A DNA stretch of 64,000 bases from Desulfotignum sp. GTDB taxonomy: Bacteria > Desulfobacterota > Desulfobacteria > Desulfobacterales > Desulfobacteraceae. Location: positions 80,623 to 144,622 of the forward strand of contig JAABSA010000001.1 in assembly GCA_011390635.1 (NCBI GenBank). The letters are read 5' to 3'. Below are positions 16,101 through 25,342 of this stretch, one piece after another. The position numbers and the translations under genes were made by a program. How positions within the stretch are numbered: position 1 is the first letter of the stretch; each line of letters starts with the position of its first letter. Below the pieces are notes generated by a model. That model did not search any database. It worked only from the letters and a program-made list of their open reading frames with translations, and was not told the origin of the DNA.

Positions 16101-18812
16101 CTATTTGTCCATGATGGCGGCCTGGGCTGCTGCCAGCCGTGCAATGGGTACCCGGTAAGGAGAACACGATACATAGGTGAGGCCTGCCCTGTGACAGAAC
16201 GCCACTGAATCAGGATCTCCCCCGTGTTCGCCGCAGATCCCCAGTTTGATATCAGGCCGTGTTTTTTTTCCCCGGTCCACAGCGATTTCAATAAGGCTGC
16301 CCACTGCCTCCTGATCCAGGGTTTCAAAGGGATCTGCGTCCAAAATGGCATTGTCAATATAATCGTTCATAAACGAGCCGATATCATCCCTGGAAAATCC
16401 AAAGGTCATCTGGGTCAGATCATTGGTACCAAAGGAAAAGAACTGGGCATATTCGGCCATTTTATCCGCGATCAAAGCAGCCCTGGGGATTTCAATCATG
16501 GTGCCGTATAAATAGGGTATCTGCGCCAGATTATGGGTCTTCAGGGCTTTTTCGTAACAGTCATCAACAATTTTTTTGGTAAAAGACAGTTCTTTTTCAT
16601 TGCAGGTGACCGGCACCATGATTTCAGGCAGGGGGTGTCTGCCCTGGTGGATCAGGTCTGCAGATGCTGCAAAAATAGCTTTCACCTGCATTCTGGTGAT
16701 GTCAGGAAAACTGATTCCCAGACGGACCCCCCGGTGCCCGATCATGGGATTGGATTCTTTCAAAAGCATGCTGCGCTTGATCACTTCCTCCAAATCTATG
16801 CCCAGAGCCCTGGCAATTTCCATCTGGTTTTGCTCTGCGCCGGGTACAAATTCGTGCAAAGGCGGATCAAGCAGCCGCAGGGTTACCGGCAGGTTGTCCA
16901 TGACAGCCAGGGTTTTTTGTATCTCCTCTTTTACAAACGGGAACAGCTCATCCAGAGCTACCTTCCGCTCTTCTATTGTTTTGCTTAAAATCATTTTTCG
17001 CAGCAGAAACAGCGGCCGGTCTGATTCAGCCCCGTAGAACATATGCTCTGTGCGGAAAAGCCCGATACCCTGTGCCCCGAACTCCAGGGCAGTTGCCGCA
17101 TCTTTGGGCGTATCAGCATTGGTGCGTACCGCCATGGTCCGGTGGCGGTCGGCAATGGTCATGAATTTTTTGAATTTGGGATTTTCCAGGGCATCTTTCA
17201 TTTGGAGCCGGCCCTCATAAACGATACCGCGGGTGCCGTTTAAGGTGAAAATATCTCCTTCATTAAAGATCCTTGTACCTGCCTGCACCTGACGGGTTTT
17301 TGCATTTATTTTCAGGGCACCGGCGCCCACAATGCAGCACTTTCCCCATCCCCTTGCCACCAGGGCCGCATGGCTGGTCATACCGCCTCTGGCCGTAAGT
17401 ACGGCAGCGGCAGCCCGCATGCCTTCAATATCTTCCGGATTGGTTTCTTCTCTGACCAGTATTGCGTTTTCACCGGTTTTTGCCAGATAGACAGCATCTT
17501 CTGCTGTAAATACAATTTTTCCCCAGGCTCCACCGGGGCCTGCAGGCAGGCCTTCCGCCACTTTGACAGCCGTTTTTTCCTGTTCCGGGTCCACTATGGG
17601 ATGAAGCATTTCATCCAGGGTTTTGGGATTCAGGCGGCAGACCATGGTTTTTTCATCAATCATGCCCTGTTCATGCATGTCCATGGCCATGTTTAAAGCC
17701 GCTGTGGCGGTCCTTTTTCCCACCCGGCACTGGAGCATGTATAATCTGCCTTCCTGGATGGTGAATTCAATATCCTGCATATCCTTGTAATGGGCTTCCA
17801 GCTTGTTTCTGATATCATACAGCTGGCCATAGAGTTCGGGCATGGCCTCTTCCAGGGAAGCAAGATGCTGATTCTGCATATTCTTTGTATCTGTGTTCAA
17901 AGGGTTGGGGGTGCGGCTGCCTGCGACCACATCTTCGCCCTGTGCATTCACCAGCCATTCTCCGAAAAAAATGTTCCTGCCGGTGGCAGGGTCACGGGTA
18001 AATGCCACACCGGTTGCAGAGGTGTTTCCCATGTTGCCGAACACCATGCTCTGCACATTCACTGCCGTTCCCCAGGAATCAGGAATATGTTCAATGCGGC
18101 GGTAGGATACCGCTCGCTTACCATTCCAGCTCTTGAACACCGCCCCTATTGCTCCCATGAGCTGTTCATGGGGGTCATCTGGAAAATCTTTTTTCAGGTA
18201 CTGCCGAATTTTTTTTTTGAACCGGTCACACAGGGCCTTCATATCCTGGGTGGAAATGTCGGTATCGTTTTCATATCCCCGGTCATTTTTCAGGTTGTTC
18301 ATCATCATTTCCAGATTCAGCCGGATACCCATACCATCTTCGGGCACCACCTGTTCTGTTTTTTCCATGACCACATCTGAGTACATCATGATCAGCCGGC
18401 GGTAGGCATCATACACAAACCATTCATTGCCGGTTTTTTTCACCAGTCCCGGAATGGTTTTGGAGCACAATCCTACATTTAGAATGGTTTCCATCATCCC
18501 GGGCATGGAGCTTCTGGCCCCGGATCGGCAGGACACCAGCAGGGGGGATGCGGGATCTCCAAAGAGCAGCCCCATCTGGGTTTCAATATTTGCCATGGCT
18601 GTCATGATATCTGGTTCAAGGGTAGGGGGAAACCGGCCGCCCAGATCTAAATAATGGTTGCAGCATGCCGTGGAAATGGTGAATCCCGGAGGTACCGGCA
18701 GGCCCATGCGTGCCATTTCAGCCAGATTGGCGCCTTTTCCACCCAGAAGATTTTTCAAGGATACGTCCCCTTCAGTTTTTTCGGGGCCGAATTCATAGAT
18801 GTATTTGGTCAT
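16101..18812 (-). CDS. ppdK: Pyruvate, phosphate dikinase
   Basis: 903 aa. KNLLGGKGANLAEM, GGMTSHAALVARGWGKCCIVG (catalytic His), FFSFGTNDLTQ, ICGEHGGDP. Confidence 0.95.
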   Translation of the reverse strand: MTKYIYEFGPEKTEGDVSLKNLLGGKGANLAEMARMGLPVPPGFTISTACCNHYLDLGGRFPPTLEPDIMTAMANIETQMGLLFGDPASPLLVSCRSGARSSMPGMMETILNVGLCSKTIPGLVKKTGNEWFVYDAYRRLIMMYSDVVMEKTEQVVPEDGMGIRLNLEMMMNNLKNDRGYENDTDISTQDMKALCDRFKKKIRQYLKKDFPDDPHEQLMGAIGAVFKSWNGKRAVSYRRIEHIPDSWGTAVNVQSMVFGNMGNTSATGVAFTRDPATGRNIFFGEWLVNAQGEDVVAGSRTPNPLNTDTKNMQNQHLASLEEAMPELYGQLYDIRNKLEAHYKDMQDIEFTIQEGRLYMLQCRVGKRTATAALNMAMDMHEQGMIDEKTMVCRLNPKTLDEMLHPIVDPEQEKTAVKVAEGLPAGPGGAWGKIVFTAEDAVYLAKTGENAILVREETNPEDIEGMRAAAAVLTARGGMTSHAALVARGWGKCCIVGAGALKINAKTRQVQAGTRIFNEGDIFTLNGTRGIVYEGRLQMKDALENPKFKKFMTIADRHRTMAVRTNADTPKDAATALEFGAQGIGLFRTEHMFYGAESDRPLFLLRKMILSKTIEERKVALDELFPFVKEEIQKTLAVMDNLPVTLRLLDPPLHEFVPGAEQNQMEIARALGIDLEEVIKRSMLLKESNPMIGHRGVRLGISFPDITRMQVKAIFAASADLIHQGRHPLPEIMVPVTCNEKELSFTKKIVDDCYEKALKTHNLAQIPYLYGTMIEIPRAALIADKMAEYAQFFSFGTNDLTQMTFGFSRDDIGSFMNDYIDNAILDADPFETLDQEAVGSLIEIAVDRGKKTRPDIKLGICGEHGGDPDSVAFCHRAGLTYVSCSPYRVPIARLAAAQAAIMDK

Positions 18813-18917
18813 GTTTGCCTCTGTTTGTATAATGAAATTGCAATGGTTCTCCTGTAACTATGCAAGATTGAAAATCCAAGTCAAGCAAAATCTGATGTTT
18901 ATAAATTCCGGTACAAA

Positions 18918-18926
18918 TGATATAAT
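18918..18926 (+). promoter_or_regulatory. Candidate extended -10 element (TGaTATAAT) for the ABC-F gene
   Basis: TGATATAAT read at 18918..18926, 58 nt upstream of ATG 18985. No good -35 was seen. Confidence 0.35.
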
Positions 18927-18984
18927 ACTATTTTATGCATTCAAAAAAACCAAAGATAAGAACCCATGCCGGAACAGATACCAT

Positions 18985-20826
18985 ATGTTGACAATTGAAT
19001 CTATTTGTAAGGGGTTTGGCAACCAGACTCTGTTTGAAGATGCCAGCCTGCAGATCAACCCCGGCGAACGGGTGGGACTGGTGGGCAGAAACGGCCACGG
19101 AAAAACCACGCTGCTGCATATCATTGCAGGATATGATCACCCGGATGAGGGCAGGGTGAACTGTCCGGCCGGATACCGCATCGGTATATTGTCCCAGAAA
19201 ATTGTATTTTCAGAAAGCACGGTACGAAAAGAAGCCATGACAGGACTGCCTGACCATGAAAGAGAACACTATTGGAAGGCGGAAAAAGTACTGGCCGGCC
19301 TGGGGTTTTCTTCTTTGGATATGGACAGGGACCCTGCTGTTTTCTCCGGTGGTTTCCAGGTCAGGCTGAACCTGGCAAAAGTGCTGGTGTCCGAGCCGGA
19401 CCTGCTTATTTTAGATGAGCCCACCAATTACCTTGATATCACTTCCATTCGATGGATATCTCGATTTTTGACTGCCTGGCCCAGAGAGGTCCTGCTGGTC
19501 ACCCATGACCGGGGATTCATGGACCATGTGGTCACCCATATTGCCGGCATTCACCGCCATAAAATCAGAAAAATTGCAGGAGACACTGCCAAATACTATG
19601 ATCAGGTGGCCCAGGATGAAGCGGTATATGAAAAAACCCGGCTCAATGAGGAAAAACGCAAAAAAGAAATTGAGACATTTATCAACCGGTTCCGGGCCAA
19701 GGCGCGGCTGGCCAACATGGTACAGTCCAGAATCAAGACCCTTGAAAAACAGGAGTCAAAAGAAAAACTATCACAGCTCAAAAATCTGGATTTTTCTTTT
19801 CATTATCTGCCCTTTAACGGCAAGCAGATGCTCACAGCCGAAAAGCTTTCTTTTGCCTATGAGCCACAAAAACCGTTAATCAACCATTTTTCTGTGACGG
19901 TCCAGCCAGGAGACAAAATTGCCGTCATCGGCCAGAACGGTAAAGGCAAGACCACCCTGGTCAAACTGCTCACCCAAAAAGTTGTCCCAAATTCGGGCAG
20001 TGTCACCTTCAACCCGGGGGTTGCTGCAGGGTATTTTGAACAGACCAATGTGCTCACCCTCAACGAAGGCCATACCATAGAAGAAGAGCTGATAGAAGCC
20101 CATCCGGATTTCGACCGCCAGGCCGCCAGAAATATATGCGGGGCCATGATGTTTGAAAAAGATGCTGCCCTGAAGAAGATCAGCGTATTGTCAGGGGGAG
20201 AAAAATCCCGGGTCATGCTGGGAAAACTGCTGTTGACCCCTGTGAACCTGCTGCTGCTGGATGAACCCACCAACCACCTGGATATTGAGGCATGTGATGC
20301 CTTTTCAGCGGCGCTGCAGAATTTTCCCGGCGCCTTGATTCTGGTGACCCATAATGAACTGTTTTTACATTCTCTGGCCACCCGGCTGGTGGTATTTAAA
20401 AAGGATCATATTTCTGTATTTGAAGGCAATTACCAGGAATTTTTAGACAAGGACGGCTGGGAAGAAGCGCTTCCGGTTTCAGGAAAACAAAACAAATCCC
20501 AAAACCTGAACAAAAAGGAAATGCGCCAGAAAAAATCGGAAATCATTGCCGGCCGATCCAGGGTGCTGGGCCCTATTCAAAAAAAGATTAACGCCATTGA
20601 AGATGAGATCGAAATCCGGGAAAGCCGTATTCAGGCGGTGAATGATGAGCTGCTGACAGCATCTGAAAAAGGGGATGGCAAAAATATCCAACTGCTTTCA
20701 AAGCAGCTGTCCGACCTTGAACTTGAGGTGGAATCTCTTTTTGCAGATCTGGAAGAAAAAACCAATGACCTGGAGTCTCATAATATACAGTTTGAAAAAC
20801 AACTCAAAGAATTGGAAAGGCTGTGA
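18985..20826 (+). CDS. ABC-F family ATPase (two ABC domains, C-terminal coiled coil; no transmembrane domain)
   Basis: Walker A motifs GRNGHGKTT and GQNGKGKTT. Signature motifs FSGGFQVRL and LSGGEKSRV. Start trimmed to ATG 18985 (MLTIESICKGF), because the track start 18799 overlaps the ppdK start. Confidence 0.9.
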   Translation: MLTIESICKGFGNQTLFEDASLQINPGERVGLVGRNGHGKTTLLHIIAGYDHPDEGRVNCPAGYRIGILSQKIVFSESTVRKEAMTGLPDHEREHYWKAEKVLAGLGFSSLDMDRDPAVFSGGFQVRLNLAKVLVSEPDLLILDEPTNYLDITSIRWISRFLTAWPREVLLVTHDRGFMDHVVTHIAGIHRHKIRKIAGDTAKYYDQVAQDEAVYEKTRLNEEKRKKEIETFINRFRAKARLANMVQSRIKTLEKQESKEKLSQLKNLDFSFHYLPFNGKQMLTAEKLSFAYEPQKPLINHFSVTVQPGDKIAVIGQNGKGKTTLVKLLTQKVVPNSGSVTFNPGVAAGYFEQTNVLTLNEGHTIEEELIEAHPDFDRQAARNICGAMMFEKDAALKKISVLSGGEKSRVMLGKLLLTPVNLLLLDEPTNHLDIEACDAFSAALQNFPGALILVTHNELFLHSLATRLVVFKKDHISVFEGNYQEFLDKDGWEEALPVSGKQNKSQNLNKKEMRQKKSEIIAGRSRVLGPIQKKINAIEDEIEIRESRIQAVNDELLTASEKGDGKNIQLLSKQLSDLELEVESLFADLEEKTNDLESHNIQFEKQLKELERL

Positions 20827-20832
20827 TTTAAG

Positions 20833-21042
20833 ATGGACAAAAAAAAATTCGCATTCTATTATGGGATCATTCTTATTGCAGTGGGACTCGGGGTCTTTTA
20901 CCGGATACCGGAAGTGACTGCCCAGGTGGCAACCATTGAATTTTTCAGCAGTAAACTCTTTATTGTCACGTTCTGTTTTTACCTGCTGGGCATATTTCTG
21001 GTGATTGCAGGCGGCATCCGGGTGTACAAAAACTATAAATAA
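20833..21042 (+). CDS. Small two-TM membrane protein
   Basis: FYYGIILIAVGLGVFY and FIVTFCFYLLGIFLVIAGGI. It lies 6 nt after the ABC-F stop and 17 nt before the next gene. Confidence 0.55.
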   Translation: MDKKKFAFYYGIILIAVGLGVFYRIPEVTAQVATIEFFSSKLFIVTFCFYLLGIFLVIAGGIRVYKNYK

Positions 21043-21059
21043 TGTAGACACAATTACAC

Positions 21060-23276
21060 ATGATTAAAAGTCCAAAGGGAAAATCCAGTCTCACATCCAC
21101 CATCAAGGATCAGTCCGGTGCCGGTAAAACCAGGATAGGGGAAATCCTTTCCAAGGAAGGACAGATCACCAGTCTTCAGCTGGATGAGGCCCTGGGGGTT
21201 CACAAAAAAACCGGCGAACGTCTCAGTTCCATCCTGCTCAACAAAGGGTATATTGATCCGGAAACCATCATCAATGTATTGGGAAGAATCTATAATTACA
21301 ATGTGATCCGGTTTGCAGAAATGAAACCCGATGCAGCGGCCCAAAAAATGCTTCCCTTTGATATGGCCAAAGAACATATGGTATTTCCCCTGGCACTGAA
21401 GAATGATGACCTGTCCGTGGCCATGGTGGAACCTACCGACACCCAGGTAGTGGAAGAACTCCACAAAAGCACCAGAAAAAATATCCACGTGTATGTCACC
21501 ACTGAAAATGATATTATCCAGGCCTACCGGGATTTTTACAAGATCAGTGATGAAGCCTATAAAAAATTTCTCCATTTTGAAGAAGATGGGGAAGATGACA
21601 CCCCTGTTACCTCTGTGGATGATTTTGGTTCCCTGGTATCAGAGGCTGCGGAAGAAATTGAGGTTGGTGCTGCTGAAAGAGATGATGGCCAGGATGAATT
21701 TATGGCCTCTGATGCCCCCATCATCAAGCTTGTAAACGGGATCTTGACCAAAGCCATCAATGACGGGGTGTCTGATATTCACATTGAGCCCTTTGAAAAA
21801 TCTTTCCAGGTCCGGTACCGGCTGGACGGCGGCATGTACAAGGCCATGAACCTGCCGGTATCCATCAAAAATGCCGTGGTTTCCCGCATTAAAATTCTGG
21901 CATCCCTGGATATTGCAGAAAGACGGGTTCCCCAGGACGGCCGGATCAAATTGCGCCTGGGCAGAAAAAAATCAGTGGATTTCCGGGTATCATCCCTGCC
22001 CACCCTGTTCGGGGAGAGCATTGTCATGCGGATACTGGACCAGAGTGCCTTGAGCATTGATCTGACCCGGCTGGGATTTGAATCAGCCACTTTTGACATG
22101 CTCAAGCGCAGCATTTCACGGCCCTATGGCCTGCTGCTGGTCACAGGCCCCACCGGATCAGGCAAAACCACCACCCTGTATTCCATCCTCAACCGGCTCA
22201 ACAAGGATGATATCAAAATTCTTACAGCTGAAGATCCCGTGGAATTCAACTTCAAAGGCATCAATCAGGTGCCGGTGAGAGAAGAGATCGGCATGACATT
22301 CGCCGCTGCCTTAAAAGCCTTTCTGCGCCAGGACCCGGACATCATCATGGTGGGGGAAATCCGGGATATCGAGACAGCGGAAATCGCCATAAAGGCAGCC
22401 ATGACCGGTCACCTGGTATTTGCCACCCTGCATACCAATGATTGTCCCTCCACCATCGGCCGCCTGGTTGACATCGGTATTCCGCCTTATATGCTGGCAG
22501 CATCAGTAACCATGGTCCTGTCCCAGCGCCTTGCCCGGCGGCTGTGCCCGGAGTGTAAAAAAGAGGTCACCGGATATAATGCCAATGAACTGGAACTTCA
22601 CGGATTTCCCAAAACCGAGATCCCCAATCTGAAAATCATGGGTCCCAACGGATGCAGCCATTGCAACGGTACCGGCTACAAAGGCAGAGTAGGGCTGTAT
22701 GAACTCATGGAGGTTACCGATGAGGTGGCCAAGGCCATCAGTGCGGAAGTGGCCGAGGACCAGCTGCGAAAGGTGGCGGTCCAGGAAGGGATGGTCACCT
22801 TGCGGGATGCCGGCCTTCAGAAGATCAAAACAGGGGAAACATCACTGGAAGAGGTGGCAAAAAAAACGGTTATCACGAAAGAGTCTTTGCCCGCCTACCT
22901 GGTGAATCCTGATGTGGAAACTTACGAGGACAAAGATGTTATCATCCGGGAAAACAATACAGATATCGATTTTTTCAAACTGGTTCAGGGTGCGGTGTAT
23001 GTGGTCAAAGGAGGCAAAAAAATTGCAGAAATCACCCAGCCCGGAGAATATTTCGGGGAAATGGCCGCCATCACCAAAGATGCCCGGTCCGCATCCATCA
23101 TCTCCAAGGGCCGATCCAAGATCAAGCGGTTTCCCGGAGACAAATTAGAAGAAATCATTGAAAAATATCCGGAGGTGGCAAAGCATTTGTTTACGGTACT
23201 GGCGGCCCGTCTCCACCAAACCGACCGGCGCCTGGTCTCCATGATCAACCAGATCAGAAAAGTCCCCCCCAACTAA
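21060..23276 (+). CDS. PilB/GspE-family (T2SSE) secretion/pilus ATPase with MshEN-like N-terminal domain and C-terminal cyclic-nucleotide-binding domain
   Basis: GPTGSGKTT (Walker A), DPDIIMVGEIRD (Walker B), TGHLVFATLHTND (His box), CPEC..CSHCNGTGYKGR (tetra-Cys). N-terminus: RIGEILSKEGQITSLQLDEALGVH-KKTGE-RLSSILLNKGYIDPETIINVLGRI. C-terminus (about residues 612-738): YFGEMAAITKDARSASIIS, the phosphate-binding cassette FGE..RSA. Confidence 0.9.
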   Translation: MIKSPKGKSSLTSTIKDQSGAGKTRIGEILSKEGQITSLQLDEALGVHKKTGERLSSILLNKGYIDPETIINVLGRIYNYNVIRFAEMKPDAAAQKMLPFDMAKEHMVFPLALKNDDLSVAMVEPTDTQVVEELHKSTRKNIHVYVTTENDIIQAYRDFYKISDEAYKKFLHFEEDGEDDTPVTSVDDFGSLVSEAAEEIEVGAAERDDGQDEFMASDAPIIKLVNGILTKAINDGVSDIHIEPFEKSFQVRYRLDGGMYKAMNLPVSIKNAVVSRIKILASLDIAERRVPQDGRIKLRLGRKKSVDFRVSSLPTLFGESIVMRILDQSALSIDLTRLGFESATFDMLKRSISRPYGLLLVTGPTGSGKTTTLYSILNRLNKDDIKILTAEDPVEFNFKGINQVPVREEIGMTFAAALKAFLRQDPDIIMVGEIRDIETAEIAIKAAMTGHLVFATLHTNDCPSTIGRLVDIGIPPYMLAASVTMVLSQRLARRLCPECKKEVTGYNANELELHGFPKTEIPNLKIMGPNGCSHCNGTGYKGRVGLYELMEVTDEVAKAISAEVAEDQLRKVAVQEGMVTLRDAGLQKIKTGETSLEEVAKKTVITKESLPAYLVNPDVETYEDKDVIIRENNTDIDFFKLVQGAVYVVKGGKKIAEITQPGEYFGEMAAITKDARSASIISKGRSKIKRFPGDKLEEIIEKYPEVAKHLFTVLAARLHQTDRRLVSMINQIRKVPPN

Positions 23277-23309
23277 AGGGCCTGGCCGGACATCAAAAAA
23301 GATATCTTT

Positions 23310-23858
23310 TCAGGGAGCGGAGTTCTTTGCCGGCCGATAGTAACGGTCTTTTTCACTGTAAATACATCCGCAATAAGATTGTCTGTACATGTCCATGGTT
23401 TTTGACTGTGCAATACCCTGTTTCCAGCCTTCCCTGAAATCATGGTAAAAAAACCGTATGCTGTTTTCTTTTGCGACAGCCTCGCCAGTCTCACGGATCA
23501 GGTCATGATTTTGAAACCGGCTGTAGAGCAGGGTGGAGGAAAATCCGTCAAATTTTCCTTTTTTGGCAATTTTCGCTGTTGCGGTAAGCCGTGCATGATA
23601 GCAGTATCTGCACCGGTCCTTTTCCCGGAAGGCCACAGACTGAAGAAATATTTCCAGATCATATCCCGGCTGCCAGATCATTTTGAAACCCCGGTCATCA
23701 GCGTACCGGCGGAGGGTGTCTTCCCGTTTGAGGCATTCGGTAAAGGGATGGATGTTGTGGCGGTAAAAAAATCCCATCACCTGGATATCCAGGCCCCTGA
23801 GTACCTGGAGAGGATAGATGGTGCAGGGCCCGCAGCAGGTATGCAGCAGCAGTTTCAC
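23310..23858 (-). CDS. queH: Epoxyqueuosine reductase QueH (DUF208)
   Basis: LLLHTCCGPCT..RCRYCYHARL..YCGCIYSE, the cysteine pattern of QueH. Confidence 0.85.
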   Translation of the reverse strand: MKLLLHTCCGPCTIYPLQVLRGLDIQVMGFFYRHNIHPFTECLKREDTLRRYADDRGFKMIWQPGYDLEIFLQSVAFREKDRCRYCYHARLTATAKIAKKGKFDGFSSTLLYSRFQNHDLIRETGEAVAKENSIRFFYHDFREGWKQGIAQSKTMDMYRQSYCGCIYSEKDRYYRPAKNSAP

Positions 23859-24547
23859 TATCTGCTCCCGAAAATGGCGGTTCCCACTCTCACCATGGTG
23901 GCCCCTTCCTGGATGGCCACGGTAAAATCATTGCTCATCCCCATGGACAGATGGGCCATGGCATCGGGATCCACTCCGGCATCCAGAATATCTGTCTTGA
24001 TTTTAGCCAGTTGTGTAAAATAGACCCTGGCATCTTCCGGATCGTCAAAATAGGGGGGCATGCACATCAGCCCCTGGAGTGAGATATGTTCAAATCCCAT
24101 GATTTTTTTGGCCAGATCAACTGTCTGATCCGTGGTGGCACCGAATTTGGTATCTTCCATGGCAATATTGACCTGGAGCAAAATTTTCTGGCATTTGGAA
24201 ATTTTTTTGGCCTGCTTATCAATCTCTTTTGCGATTTTCAGCGTGTCCACCGTATGGATGAAATCAAAATATGGAACGGCAAACCTGGCTTTGTTGGATT
24301 GGAGATGGCCTATGAAATGCCAGCTGGCGGCATGCTGACCAATGGTTTCAATTTTCTCCATGGCCTCCTGGATATAGTTTTCCCCCAGGCAGTTGAGCCC
24401 TGCATCCATGGCCTGTTTCATCTGTTGCACGGATTTTTTCTTGCTGACACCGATAAGTAAAATTTCATCCGGATCTCTGCCGCAGCCTATGGCGGTTTTG
24501 CTGATTGTTTCTTTAACAGCAGTAAGGTTTTGTTTGATCCCTGACAT
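23858..24547 (-). CDS. yggS: YggS-family pyridoxal-phosphate homeostasis protein
   Basis: LIGVSKKK, LGENYIQE, HFIGHLQSNK, SMGMSNDF..VRVGTAIFGSR. Confidence 0.9.
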   Translation of the reverse strand: MSGIKQNLTAVKETISKTAIGCGRDPDEILLIGVSKKKSVQQMKQAMDAGLNCLGENYIQEAMEKIETIGQHAASWHFIGHLQSNKARFAVPYFDFIHTVDTLKIAKEIDKQAKKISKCQKILLQVNIAMEDTKFGATTDQTVDLAKKIMGFEHISLQGLMCMPPYFDDPEDARVYFTQLAKIKTDILDAGVDPDAMAHLSMGMSNDFTVAIQEGATMVRVGTAIFGSR

Positions 24548-24559
24548 GGCATTTTGTCC

Positions 24560-25150
24560 TCAAAATTGTATTGCTTCCAAAGATTTCAGTGTCTGTATCA
24601 CTTCGCACACGGGCAAACCCACTACATTGGTGTAGGAGCCGCAGATTTTTTGGACCATAAAGGCTCCCAGTCCCTGGACGGCATATCCCCCGGCTTTGTC
24701 ATAGGGTTCATCTGTGTCAGTGTACCAGAGGATTTCTGTATTTGTCAAAGTTTTGAACAACACCTGTGTTTCAACAGCATGAGTTTCCATCTGCCGCTTG
24801 GTCCCATGGCCTACTGTATAGCCGGTAAACACCGAATGTGTCCGGCCACTCATAAATTCAAGCATGTGGATGGCATTTTCCCGGTCTCTGGGTTTTCCAA
24901 GTATCTGGTTATCTTTCACCACAATCGTATCAGCTGCGATCACCCAGGCATCCTCATGCTGGTGCATGCCATAACGGGCCTTTTTTTCAGACAAGACTGT
25001 GACAAAGTTGCGGGGTGACTGACCAGGTTCTCCGGTTTCATTCACATCCGGGGTTACAATGTCAATGTCAAGGCCCATTTGTTCCAGCAGCTCTTTTCTT
25101 CTGGGGGATCGGGATGCCAGCACCAGTTTGTTTTTATCCATCCATTTCAT
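24560..25150 (-). CDS. maf: Maf-like nucleoside triphosphate pyrophosphatase
   Basis: LVLASRSPRRKELL..DKAGGYAVQG. An alternative start at 25141 is possible. Confidence 0.88.
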   Translation of the reverse strand: MKWMDKNKLVLASRSPRRKELLEQMGLDIDIVTPDVNETGEPGQSPRNFVTVLSEKKARYGMHQHEDAWVIAADTIVVKDNQILGKPRDRENAIHMLEFMSGRTHSVFTGYTVGHGTKRQMETHAVETQVLFKTLTNTEILWYTDTDEPYDKAGGYAVQGLGAFMVQKICGSYTNVVGLPVCEVIQTLKSLEAIQF

Positions 25151-25342
25151 AGCAGATTGTTCTTAGCAGAAAAAACGATCCGTGGCAATCTAATTGCCAC
25201 CGATTCCCGGGACTGTCATACACAGACAAATTCTTTTCGGCACATCGATATGCGAATGCCCAGCACAGATCTATATTTTGGGTTGCCAATCCAGACCATG
25301 ATGCTACACTGTGTCTTAAAAAGAATGTTGTAAGGAAAACAT

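Noticed and set aside
18799-18984. Upstream extensions of several track ORFs: ABC-F 18799, mlaE 35613, truA 56941, argJ 58623, miaA 47217, lipoprotein 48185, FlxC-like 43628, and AhbA/B-like 40003.
   Set aside because: The extensions overlap neighbouring genes or lack family homology. Internal ATGs preceded by SD-like sequences reproduce the canonical N-termini.
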